From a virus (taxonomy: Duplodnaviria > Caudoviricetes), in the IMG/VR virus record IMGVR_UViG_3300020577_006613, positions 1 to 64,000 of that record: a stretch of 64,000 nucleotides of DNA. One strand, 5' to 3'. The notes beneath the pieces are model-generated. The model did not search any database, had not been told where the DNA came from, and saw only the letters and a program-made list of their open reading frames with translations. The translations under genes were made by a program, and so were the position numbers. Positions 47,485-55,992 of the stretch are shown one piece after another; positions within the stretch are counted from its first letter, which is position 1, and each line of letters starts with the position of its first letter.

Positions 47485-47997
47485 ATGGGACAGGTTTCAT
47501 CAGATAGCGTCGTCGTTCAAACCGCAGCAACGCCGGTTGAGCCTTCTGCTCAGGCGCAGTCTGTCGCAAGAAAGCTTGCAGAACAGGGCTATGCTGTTTC
47601 AACCAGCGGTAGGAATGTTCTTTCTGTTGCCGACAATATCGACGGCAATACGTTGAACATTGTTGTTCTGATTTCCGAGAACGGCGACGAGATTTCGTTT
47701 ACTTGTCACGTTGGTAACTTGAACGACATTCCTGAAGATCAGGTTGCCGCTCAGCGTGACTTCTGCTTTGTTCTCTGCAATATGAACGATGTTATTGCTC
47801 CTTTTGCGACTTCGTTCATTACTTCCGAGGATGATGGCAGCGTTGGCGATGGCAATGTCAATGTTGTCTTGATTAGCCGCAGTCATCTCAACTTCAGCAA
47901 TGCCGCTGAAACAGAGCAGATGCTTCGTTACCAGATGGGCGCTCTCCGCAAGGCGGTTGTTTATTACAACCAGCAGAATGTTCTGATGTCGAACTAA
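47485..47997 (+). CDS. YjfI/YbjN-like chaperone-fold protein
   Basis: Size, predicted alpha/beta pattern, directly upstream of pspA. Confidence 0.45.
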   Translation: MGQVSSDSVVVQTAATPVEPSAQAQSVARKLAEQGYAVSTSGRNVLSVADNIDGNTLNIVVLISENGDEISFTCHVGNLNDIPEDQVAAQRDFCFVLCNMNDVIAPFATSFITSEDDGSVGDGNVNVVLISRSHLNFSNAAETEQMLRYQMGALRKAVVYYNQQNVLMSN

Positions 47998-48044
47998 CTC
48001 AAACCCAAACAACCATCACAGGTTTCTTGAAAGGAAAACAAACA

Positions 48045-48707
48045 ATGGAATTCATCAAGTCTCTTTTCCGTCGTATGCGTCAGGCCGACCATGAGGGCGC
48101 TCAGGCTATTGATGTTCCTGACGCCGAAAAAGGTCGTCAGGTCATTCAAGACGCAACCACTCAGATCAACAACTTCGAGCGTCAGGTGGCGAACCTGATG
48201 GCAAGCAAGAAGCAGAAGCAGGCGCAGCTTCCTGCTCTCGAAGCGAACATCAAAAAGTTCGAAGGCATCGCTACTAAGGCTGGCGCTGCTGGTAATGCTG
48301 ATGATGTTCGAGAGGCTGTTAAGCATAAGCTGAACTTCCAGGGACAGCTTGATTCTCTCAAGGCTGAAATTGAGAAGGACGGCGTTCTTGAGGCTCGTCT
48401 TCGTAAGCAGTTGAGCGACGTTCGTGACCAGATTGCTCGCTCTTCGGCCAAGGCTGACTCCCTCAAGGTTCGTCAGGAAAGCGCCAAGATTCGTCAGTCG
48501 CTCGCCAGCACGACTATGGATGGCTCTGGCGCTCTCTCGCAGCTTAACGAGTGGGAAAACAAGGTGATGAAGGATGAGGCTCTTGCTGAGGCGAAGGAAG
48601 AACTCGCCGGCGCGGGCAGCGTTACTCAGAACCTCACTGAGAAGTATCAGGATACTTCTGCCATTGACGAAGAAATGGCAAAGTACATGACCACGGCGAA
48701 GACCTAA
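48045..48707 (+). CDS. PspA/IM30 family protein
   Basis: Amphipathic N-terminal helix, D.E...Q.I.D, long coiled coil, E.KV...EA.AEA..EL. Confidence 0.8.
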   Translation: MEFIKSLFRRMRQADHEGAQAIDVPDAEKGRQVIQDATTQINNFERQVANLMASKKQKQAQLPALEANIKKFEGIATKAGAAGNADDVREAVKHKLNFQGQLDSLKAEIEKDGVLEARLRKQLSDVRDQIARSSAKADSLKVRQESAKIRQSLASTTMDGSGALSQLNEWENKVMKDEALAEAKEELAGAGSVTQNLTEKYQDTSAIDEEMAKYMTTAKT

Positions 48708-48716
48708 TCACAACAT

Positions 48717-48742
48717 CGTTGCCGGTCTAACGACCGGCAACG
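48717..48742 (+). terminator. Strong hairpin after pspA
   Basis: CGTTGCCGGTC-TAAC-GACCGGCAACG, followed by GTTTT. Confidence 0.55.
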
Positions 48743-48781
48743 GTTTTCCAAACTGAGCCTTAACCATTAGGAGTATTTGAT

Positions 48782-49783
48782 ATGAAGTCTCTGGGAATCG
48801 TTCTTTCTCTTGCGGCCTCCATCTTTGTTAGTTCCAATGTTGTTGCGCAGGAAGCTCCTGTTACCGCAACTCGTACTGTCAATGTTGGAGTCTTCGAGAC
48901 TGATCCTTTTGTTATGAAGGACGGCAACGGTGGTTACACCGGCTTTGACATCGAGCTTTGGAATGCTATCGCTGCCGACCTGCATTTCAAGACGAACTTT
49001 GTTTCCGCCAACAGCTTCCCTGATCTTCTTGATTCGGTCAAGAACGGAAAGGTTGATGCTGCTCTTTCAAGCATCACCGTCAACTCTGATCGTCACAATG
49101 TTATGGACTTTTCTACTCCTTACTTCAACTCTGGACTCATGATCATGGTCCGCGAAGGCGAAAACAAGGAGTCGATTGGTTCTTTCGTCTCTACTGAGCT
49201 TCCTCGGTCGATTAGCTCGCTCGGCTCGTACTTCCCCCTCTTTGCTGTCTTTACGCTTGCCACTCTTGTTCTTGTCTTTGGTCGTAGCCGCTGGGAGTCT
49301 TTCAAGAGCGTTCCCTTGACTGTTTTGACTGCTGTTCTTGCTTTCGGTTCTATCTTCACTGGCATTATGAACGCTTCTCGTCTTAGCGCCGCTATGACGG
49401 CTGATCACTTCACCTATCAGGTTTCTCTGCCAAGAGACTTGCGAGGCAAGCCTGTTGCTACGGTTGCCGGAACAACTAGCGTTCCTGTCCTTGCGTCTTA
49501 TGGAGCGAATGTCAACGCTGTAACTGATATCAACGATGCGTATGCCATGCTTACTGCTGGTCAGGTTGAGGCGGTTGTCTATGACGCTCCGACTTTGCAG
49601 TATTACGCCAAGACAACTGGCGCTGGTCAGGTTGCTGCTGTTGGTTCTCTTTTCGCTCAGCAGCCTTACGGCATTGCTCTTCCTCCGAACAGCGATCTGC
49701 GTAAGCAGATTGATGGAGCGATTCTCCGCCTTAAGGAGAATGGCGTCTATGACCGTCTTTACCAGAACTATTTCGGCGAGTAA
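48782..49783 (+). CDS. iGluR/GluR0-like protein: split amino-acid-binding domain with two TM helices
   Basis: PF..GFDIELW, IT...R...DFS.PY (S1); two TMs; LRGKPVATV.GT, VYDAP.L.Y, YGIALP (S2). Confidence 0.75.
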   Translation: MKSLGIVLSLAASIFVSSNVVAQEAPVTATRTVNVGVFETDPFVMKDGNGGYTGFDIELWNAIAADLHFKTNFVSANSFPDLLDSVKNGKVDAALSSITVNSDRHNVMDFSTPYFNSGLMIMVREGENKESIGSFVSTELPRSISSLGSYFPLFAVFTLATLVLVFGRSRWESFKSVPLTVLTAVLAFGSIFTGIMNASRLSAAMTADHFTYQVSLPRDLRGKPVATVAGTTSVPVLASYGANVNAVTDINDAYAMLTAGQVEAVVYDAPTLQYYAKTTGAGQVAAVGSLFAQQPYGIALPPNSDLRKQIDGAILRLKENGVYDRLYQNYFGE

Positions 49784-49801
49784 TCGCCTCTCAAAAAGGG
49801 C

Positions 49802-49813
49802 GGCTAGACTTTC
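49802..49813 (+). promoter_or_regulatory. GGCTAGACTTTC motif, copy 8
   Basis: Exact match. Confidence 0.7.
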
Positions 49814-49859
49814 GCTCAAAGTTTAGAGTCTAGAATCAACCAAAAGAAAGGTCAAAGCA

Positions 49860-50492
49860 ATGCATCCCACTCTCGAACTCGTTACGCAGCACTTCCGGTC
49901 GGAATATAGCGGACCCAAGATCGCCTTCTTCGTTGCTGGCGGCGGCTTCTCCGCTCTTGATTTCCGCCGGTTTCCTGGAGGCAGCAACAAGTATCATACT
50001 GCTGTTGAGCCTTACAGTGAAGATACCGCAAACTTCCTGAACAGGTTTGCAAACGCAGGCATCAGCGACCCGAACAACTTCAGGTTTGTGAATGCTGATG
50101 GAACCGCTATGGCGCTTCAGTCGCTTCAATCTTACTGCAATGATGATCACAGTCTTCTGTATGTTGTCATCAACAGTGCTTGCACCAGCGACCGTTTCCG
50201 TCGAGGAGACAATCGAGCATATATTCATACGAGCAGGGGCGATATGTACCTGTTCCGCATGAGCAAGCTTGATCAGGACGGTTACAATGCCCTTGCCAGC
50301 AAGAGCATGAACTATATTGACCAGATTCGGTTCGAAGAGGATCGTCGTATTGGTCAGGTTGCTCTTGCAATCATCATGGAAGACCCTTCGCTCTTCCCTG
50401 TTCTTGAGGCTGGCGAAAGCGTTGTTCGTCTGCATCGCGACAGCAATGGTAGTTGGGTCGAAAACTCCGCTGACACTCTCGCAACTGCATAA
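49860..50492 (+). CDS. Hypothetical protein, possibly CinA-C-like
   Basis: AGGG..A....PG.S....PYS pattern, adjacent to the nucleotidyltransferase. Confidence 0.4.
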   Translation: MHPTLELVTQHFRSEYSGPKIAFFVAGGGFSALDFRRFPGGSNKYHTAVEPYSEDTANFLNRFANAGISDPNNFRFVNADGTAMALQSLQSYCNDDHSLLYVVINSACTSDRFRRGDNRAYIHTSRGDMYLFRMSKLDQDGYNALASKSMNYIDQIRFEEDRRIGQVALAIIMEDPSLFPVLEAGESVVRLHRDSNGSWVENSADTLATA

Positions 50493-50494
50493 CA

Positions 50495-51148
50495 ATGAAC
50501 GCTGACAAGATCAAATCACTTTACCAGTCGGTTGCGGGAGATCGTAACCGACTGTTTAACTTCGTAATCATGCCTGACGGGCAGATTGGCGAAACTCTTT
50601 CAACTCTTGGCCTACCCAATATGGGTCACAGAGGAATGGATCATGGCATCTTTGCTGTTGTTCCAGGTAGTTTCAATCCGTTGCATGTTGCTCATCGGAA
50701 GATTTTCGATGGCATAAAGGGCTTGTACCCGCATGCAAAAGAGCTTGCTCCTGTATATGAGATTTCGATCAATCGTAAAGACAAGGAACCCTTGTCTTTT
50801 GAAGACCTGCTTGAACGCCTTAAGCAGTTTGAGTGGTATGCTCCCGTTTGGGTTACGAATGCCTTGTTTTTCTTTGAGAAAACCGGACTTGTTTCTCAGT
50901 GGATTCAGCCTTCTTTCCATATTGGGTATGATACCGCTGATAGACTTCTTCACGATCATGGAATCCTTGGAGTTGGCGGCATGGCTGCAAGGTTTGTAGT
51001 CTATCCAAGAATTGTCAATGGTGAAGTTTGCGATGTACAGACCCTGACAAACAAGTATTTTGGCCGCTGTCACAATATGGAAGCTGGTCCTCGTCTTTCT
51101 GATGAAGAAATGGCCGTTAGTTCAACGGCGATTAGAGCGAAACAATGA
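50495..51148 (+). CDS. HIGH-family nucleotidyltransferase (NMNAT/NadD-like)
   Basis: PGSFNPLHVAH, IGYDT, SSTAIR. Confidence 0.75.
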   Translation: MNADKIKSLYQSVAGDRNRLFNFVIMPDGQIGETLSTLGLPNMGHRGMDHGIFAVVPGSFNPLHVAHRKIFDGIKGLYPHAKELAPVYEISINRKDKEPLSFEDLLERLKQFEWYAPVWVTNALFFFEKTGLVSQWIQPSFHIGYDTADRLLHDHGILGVGGMAARFVVYPRIVNGEVCDVQTLTNKYFGRCHNMEAGPRLSDEEMAVSSTAIRAKQ

Positions 51149-51605
51149 TTACTGGTTCTAATCCATTCAAAGTTGTCAAAACTGGTTGGCATAAGTGGTT
51201 CTGTGAAGGACCATACCAGAGCGGTAAGCAGTGGGACACAGAAGACGAAGCGCTTGAAGAAGCCGCTTTACTCAATTCGGTCTACAACATTGGATATTTT
51301 GCTAACGTAGATCAGGCAAGGCTTGCTCGGCTTGAGGACAACGCTGCGCATGCTTACAGATGCGCTCAAGAATATGTTCCTGACTATCCTTGGCCTGATA
51401 AGCCTGATATGTCATGTCAGGCTTCTACTGCTGTTTGGGCTTGCGGAGAATCATACAAGGGGGTCTCTGCTGCCTGCCAGGATTGGCAAGACCTGTTTGA
51501 ACACCTTGCGCCAGAAGCCTACAAAGCACTTTTTGAGAGGATAAAGGCTGACACCAAAGCCTATGATGCTCTGCTTCAAGAGATCAAGGATAAAAAGGCA
51601 AAGGG

Positions 51606-52601
51606 ATGATCAAACGAGGACTCTGCTGCATTCATATGGGCCTTCAAGCGAGAGGCATTCGCTTTCAAACAATGACTTGGAAGCAGTTTTCTTCGCGCCC
51701 AAGAAAAGAATCTATCGAGATACTTGCCAAGCGGTATGAGAACAACCTGCAAGTTATCCATTCAATCCTTCGTCTATGCGCTGTTCCTGATTGGAACTAC
51801 AGAGTAAGCAGTGACATCTTTCCTCTTATGACTCATCCTGAGTCTAAGATTGTTTGGGATGAACTGCCCAACGTCGAAACTCTTAATCAGCTTTTCAGAA
51901 TCTGCGCAGAAGAGGCCTTTTTCAATAGCACTCGCCTCTCTTGCCATCCTGACCAATTCAATGTTCTTGCAAGCGAGAACGATAAGGCTGTTGAGCAAAC
52001 CATCACAGAGTTGAACCATCATGGCTGGTTCATGAGTAAGCTTGGCCTTGATCCTTCTACTTGCCAAGACCCTATTCTTAGGAAACTTCTTGGCGACACT
52101 AAGGGACTGCATAATCTTGGCTACGTTGCCCCTATAAACATCCATCTGAATTGCTCGAAGGGCGACCCCAAAGATATCACCAAGCGGTTTAAGGCCAATC
52201 TAGACCGCCTAAACGACAATGCCAAGAAGCGTCTTGTTGTTGAGGTTGAGGATAAGGGTATTTGGACCGCCAAAATGCTTGTTGATCATATTCATGAAGC
52301 TACAGGCGTTCCTGTAACTTTTGATTATCTGCATCACAAGTGCAATCCAGGCGGGTTGACGGAAGAAGAGGCCTTCAAACTTTGCGCTGAGACTTGGGGT
52401 AGCGCAACTCCATTGTTCCATTTTGCTGAAACGTTACCAGGCCAAAACAACCCCAGAAAGCATGCTGACTTTCCTACTTTCGTACCTAATGACTACGGGT
52501 ACAATATCGACCTGGATTACGAGTTCAAAATGAAGGACCAAGCGCTTCAAAAAGCACAAAAACTTGAAGAAGAACTTGAAAGCAAATCGGTAGGTGTCTA
52601 A
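51606..52601 (+). CDS. uvsE: UV-damage endonuclease
   Basis: YRVSSDIFP..TH, RLSCHPDQF.VL.S, INIH, FDYLHH, HAD, E.K.K. Confidence 0.9.
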   Translation: MIKRGLCCIHMGLQARGIRFQTMTWKQFSSRPRKESIEILAKRYENNLQVIHSILRLCAVPDWNYRVSSDIFPLMTHPESKIVWDELPNVETLNQLFRICAEEAFFNSTRLSCHPDQFNVLASENDKAVEQTITELNHHGWFMSKLGLDPSTCQDPILRKLLGDTKGLHNLGYVAPINIHLNCSKGDPKDITKRFKANLDRLNDNAKKRLVVEVEDKGIWTAKMLVDHIHEATGVPVTFDYLHHKCNPGGLTEEEAFKLCAETWGSATPLFHFAETLPGQNNPRKHADFPTFVPNDYGYNIDLDYEFKMKDQALQKAQKLEEELESKSVGV

Positions 52602-52697
52602 GATTTTGCGTGGAGGCATTCAAGTTTTTTCCGATGGATGCCGATACAGTTTGTACTGAAGAACGCCTACCAAAGAACTTCTCAGTAAAATAGTAGA

Positions 52698-52820
52698 TGT
52701 CGGAACTGGTCGAAGGACAGGACGGTTAACTTTACCGCTCGCCGTAAGGCGATTTCAAAGTGCAGCCGCAAGGCAACCCGTTCGCCATAACATACCTTTT
52801 CCGCTTCTTTTGACCTGGCA
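52698..52820 (+). ncRNA. Y RNA-like RNA 1
   Basis: Terminal stem with GGTCGAAGG pairing to TTTTGACC (GNCGAAN0-1G Ro-binding motif); GGTTA and AACAT linkers; upstream of Ro60. Confidence 0.65.
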
Positions 52821-52847
52821 ACAGCTTAGCAGCTATTCGTCAAGGTT

Positions 52848-52916
52848 TGGTCATCGAGTCGAAGAATGAAGGTTAACGGCTAAAAAAGCCTTTGTTCACC
52901 AACATATTCGATGCCA
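52848..52916 (+). ncRNA. Y RNA-like RNA 2 (short)
   Basis: Terminal stem GGTCATCGAGT/ATTCGATGCC; GTCGAAG, GGTTA and AACAT motifs shared with RNA 1. Confidence 0.5.
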
Positions 52917-52977
52917 TTTTGTAGCCTCTCGGTTCTTGAAGGAAACTTCAGGTCAACCGTATTGAAAACTGAATAAT

Positions 52978-53099
52978 GCGTCTGTAGTGTAATGGTAGCA
53001 CACTAAAACATCCTGACCACTAACTTACCGAACAGGTCGACCGGAAAGGGTTATCTCTATTACCAAGAGGTAGTTTGGGTTCGAATCCCAACGGGCGCT
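52978..53099 (+). ncRNA. tRNA-framed, circularly permuted YrlA-like RNA
   Basis: Acceptor GCGTCTG/CGGGCGC, D arm, T arm TTGGG-TTCGAAT-CCCAA; the anticodon position holds AACAT-TGACC..GGTCGA-GGTTA and a short hairpin. Confidence 0.7.
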
Positions 53100-53666
53100 T
53101 TGAAAATGTTGATTGAATCGCTCATACCGATGCAGAACACTCTGCGAGAAGCGGAGCAGCTACCTGAAATGGTAGATTTTGTTCGCAGCGGCGGAGTCTT
53201 TACTGCTGAAACTCTTTCAGTCTTTGCGACAAAGAAGAGAGAAAATGCAGTTAGTCTCTTTAAGCTCAACCCCATAAAGGTTGTCAGGTTTGAAGACGGA
53301 GCGATGTACCTTCACGATGGCCTTCATCGTACAACAGCTATATGGATGGCTGGAAGAAGGGTCTTGGATTCGAGAGAGTTTGTGTTAGAAGGTTGGGAGT
53401 ATAAGGATTACCTGGAAATCAATCTTGATCAAAAATGGTATACGCCATTTGATCCGAGAAAAGAAGTTCGCATCAATGACTTCCTCTCGTATAAGAGATT
53501 GGTGGAAGAGTTCATAACCAAGGAACCGAAGCCGACAAATGAAGAAATTCGGCTTTACATACTTGACCATTATGAGGTACAGTCGTATACTGAACCTCGT
53601 TCTGTGAAATCAGTAGCAGAAGTGGCAAGTCGGCATACTATGGCAATACCTGCTGTAGTCGAATAA
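53100..53666 (+). CDS. Hypothetical protein with ParB-N-like DGxHR motif
   Basis: PIKV..YLHDGLHRT. Confidence 0.5.
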   Translation: MKMLIESLIPMQNTLREAEQLPEMVDFVRSGGVFTAETLSVFATKKRENAVSLFKLNPIKVVRFEDGAMYLHDGLHRTTAIWMAGRRVLDSREFVLEGWEYKDYLEINLDQKWYTPFDPRKEVRINDFLSYKRLVEEFITKEPKPTNEEIRLYILDHYEVQSYTEPRSVKSVAEVASRHTMAIPAVVE

Positions 53667-53677
53667 GGAGTTGGGAA

Positions 53678-55375
53678 ATGGCAAATTACGGTAAGCACGC
53701 AGCGTCCATCAGCAAGAAGACCCCAAAGGCTACGCCTCAGACTGTGCAGACCCCTGGTACTGTGCAGAACAACGCAGGCGGCTATGTCTATGAGATTGAT
53801 AAGTGGGAGCGCCTTGATCGTTTCCTGATCTTGGGTACGGATGGCGCAACCTACTACTGCTCAGAGCGCAAGATGTCGCTCGATAACTCCAAGAACGTCC
53901 TTGAGTGCATCAAGGAGGACGGTATTCGTACCGTTAACCGCATCGTTGAGATCAGCGATGATGGTCGCGCTCCAAAGAATGATCCTGCTCTCTTTGCGCT
54001 TGCGCTCTGCGCTTCGCATGGTGATGATGACACTCGTAAGCTCGCGCTGAACCTTCTCCCGAAGGTTGCTCGTATCGGTACTCACTTGTTCCAGTTCTCG
54101 CACTTCATTGACGGTCAGCGTGGTTGGGGTTCCGGCCTCCGCAACGCTATCGCCAACTGGTACAACGGAATGAAGCCTGAGCGCCTTGCTCTTCAGGTTG
54201 TTAAGTATCCGCAGCGTACTGCTGAGGAGGGTAACGCGAAGTCTTCCTGGTCGCACGATGACTTGCTCCGCAAGTCTCACGTTCGAGGCGATGAGCTTCA
54301 CAACCTGATCTATCAGTACGTCACGAAGGAGGGTAAGCTTCCTGACCGTGTTCCTGAGCCTCTTGCTATCCTTGAGGGCGCAAGCCGCATGAAGTCTGCA
54401 AAGACTGAGGGCGATGTTGTTTCCTTGATCGAGAAGTATGAGCTTCCGCATGAGCTTGTTCCGAAGGAGTTCGGCAACAGCGAAGCCGTATGGCGCGCTC
54501 TCCTGCCGCACATGCCTATCACGGCAACTATGCGCACGTTGAACCGTCTTACGTCTTACGGCGTCCTCAAGCCGCTTTCGAGCGATTTGAAGATGGTTGT
54601 TGAGCGTTTGACCAACGTTGAGAATATCAAGAAGGGCCGCGTTCACCCGCTGGCAGTTCTCGGTGCGCTCAAGACGTACTCCAACGGTCGTGGTGTCAAG
54701 GGTAGTTTGACCTGGTCTCCTTTGTCGCAGATTACTGATGCACTTGACGATATGCTCTACCTCGCGTTCGATAACATCGAGCCGACTGGTAAGAACATCT
54801 TGATCGGTCTTGACGTTTCTGGTTCTATGGAGAGCGGAAACATTGGTGGTCTTGACTTCGTTACGCCTCGCGAGGCATCTGCTGTCATGGCGATGGTTAC
54901 GGCGCGTAGCGAGAAGAACTACCATATCATCGGATTCACTGCCGGTGGCTGGACCGCAAGTGGTCAGCACTCTCGTTCAAGTTGGGGTGGCGGTGGCTAC
55001 GGAGTTACCGACATTCACATCAGCCCTCGCGAGCGTCTGGATGCTGTCTGCAAGAAGATCGGCGCTCTCCCGATGGGAGGTACGGACTGTGCATTGCCTG
55101 TTCTCTACGCAATGGAGAAGGGTCTGCATGTTGACGCCTTCATTACCTACACCGACAACGAGACCTGGGCAGGCGCTATCAAGCCGCATGAGGCTCTGGT
55201 ACAGTACCGTAATCAGCGCAACGCTCAGGCGAAGCTGATTGCAGTTGGTATGACTGCAACCGAGTACAGCATTGCTGACTCGAACGATGCTGGTTCCATG
55301 AACTTCGTTGGGTTCGATTCGTCGGCTCCGGCGCTCATGGCAGACTTCATTCGTAAGCCGCTTCGCTCTCGCTAA
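53678..55375 (+). CDS. rsr: Ro60/Rsr RNA-binding protein (TROVE plus vWA)
   Basis: NNAGGY, RFLILGT.G..YY, GRAP, GWG..LR, VKY.QR, SH.DLLR..H, LDVSGSM, GGTDC.LP, TDNETW, GFD. Confidence 0.93.
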   Translation: MANYGKHAASISKKTPKATPQTVQTPGTVQNNAGGYVYEIDKWERLDRFLILGTDGATYYCSERKMSLDNSKNVLECIKEDGIRTVNRIVEISDDGRAPKNDPALFALALCASHGDDDTRKLALNLLPKVARIGTHLFQFSHFIDGQRGWGSGLRNAIANWYNGMKPERLALQVVKYPQRTAEEGNAKSSWSHDDLLRKSHVRGDELHNLIYQYVTKEGKLPDRVPEPLAILEGASRMKSAKTEGDVVSLIEKYELPHELVPKEFGNSEAVWRALLPHMPITATMRTLNRLTSYGVLKPLSSDLKMVVERLTNVENIKKGRVHPLAVLGALKTYSNGRGVKGSLTWSPLSQITDALDDMLYLAFDNIEPTGKNILIGLDVSGSMESGNIGGLDFVTPREASAVMAMVTARSEKNYHIIGFTAGGWTASGQHSRSSWGGGGYGVTDIHISPRERLDAVCKKIGALPMGGTDCALPVLYAMEKGLHVDAFITYTDNETWAGAIKPHEALVQYRNQRNAQAKLIAVGMTATEYSIADSNDAGSMNFVGFDSSAPALMADFIRKPLRSR

Positions 55376-55402
55376 GCGATTTACGAGCAACTAAGTTGTT
55401 TC

Positions 55403-55434
55403 AGCCCCTTCGGTGTTCTACCGAGGGGGCTTTT
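55403..55434 (+). terminator. Intrinsic terminator
   Basis: AGCCCCTTCGGT-GTTCT-ACCGAGGGGGCT followed by a T run. Confidence 0.8.
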
Positions 55435-55464
55435 CATTTAAGCCGAAAATCTAGAGAGGTTTTT

Positions 55465-55992
55465 ATGACACGAAATGACGTAATCAGGCTCAATGCTGCT
55501 CATATCAGAAGAGTTGGCGAGTTTCTTGTTCGGATATCAAACGAACTCAATCAAAGAGCAATAAACCATGACGCAAGCAAGTGGAGCGAAGAAGAGTGGC
55601 CTTACTTTGAGAAGGTAACTCCTAAGTTTGCGGGCGTAACTTACGGTAGCGATGAATACAAAGCTATTGTTGCTGAAGTAAAACCAGCCAATGAACATCA
55701 CAACAAAGTCAACCGTCATCACCCAGAACATTTTGCAAATGGCATCAATGACATGACGCTGTTGGATCTGATTGAAATGATGTGCGACTGGAAAGCTGCT
55801 AGCGAACGCAGTAGTGATGGAACAATTGCTAGGTCTATCGAGCATAATAAGAAAAGACTTGGCATTGAACCTCAACTTCTGAGAATACTAGAAAACACCT
55901 GTCGAGAACAAGGTTGGATGCCTCCCAAAGTAGAGCCATCTCAAACGACTGGTTACGCTGGTAGAGACGAGACTGGTGGTAGCGACTTCTAA
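55465..55992 (+). CDS. DUF5662 HD-like protein
   Basis: HDASK, HH...NRHHPEH, LIEM.CDW.AA. Confidence 0.75.
   Translation: MTRNDVIRLNAAHIRRVGEFLVRISNELNQRAINHDASKWSEEEWPYFEKVTPKFAGVTYGSDEYKAIVAEVKPANEHHNKVNRHHPEHFANGINDMTLLDLIEMMCDWKAASERSSDGTIARSIEHNKKRLGIEPQLLRILENTCREQGWMPPKVEPSQTTGYAGRDETGGSDF

Noticed and set aside
52978-53099. Ordinary tRNA-Val(UAC) with an intron
   Set aside because: The insert lies before the anticodon-like hairpin, is too short for a self-splicing intron, and shares motifs with the neighbouring Y-like RNAs beside Ro60.
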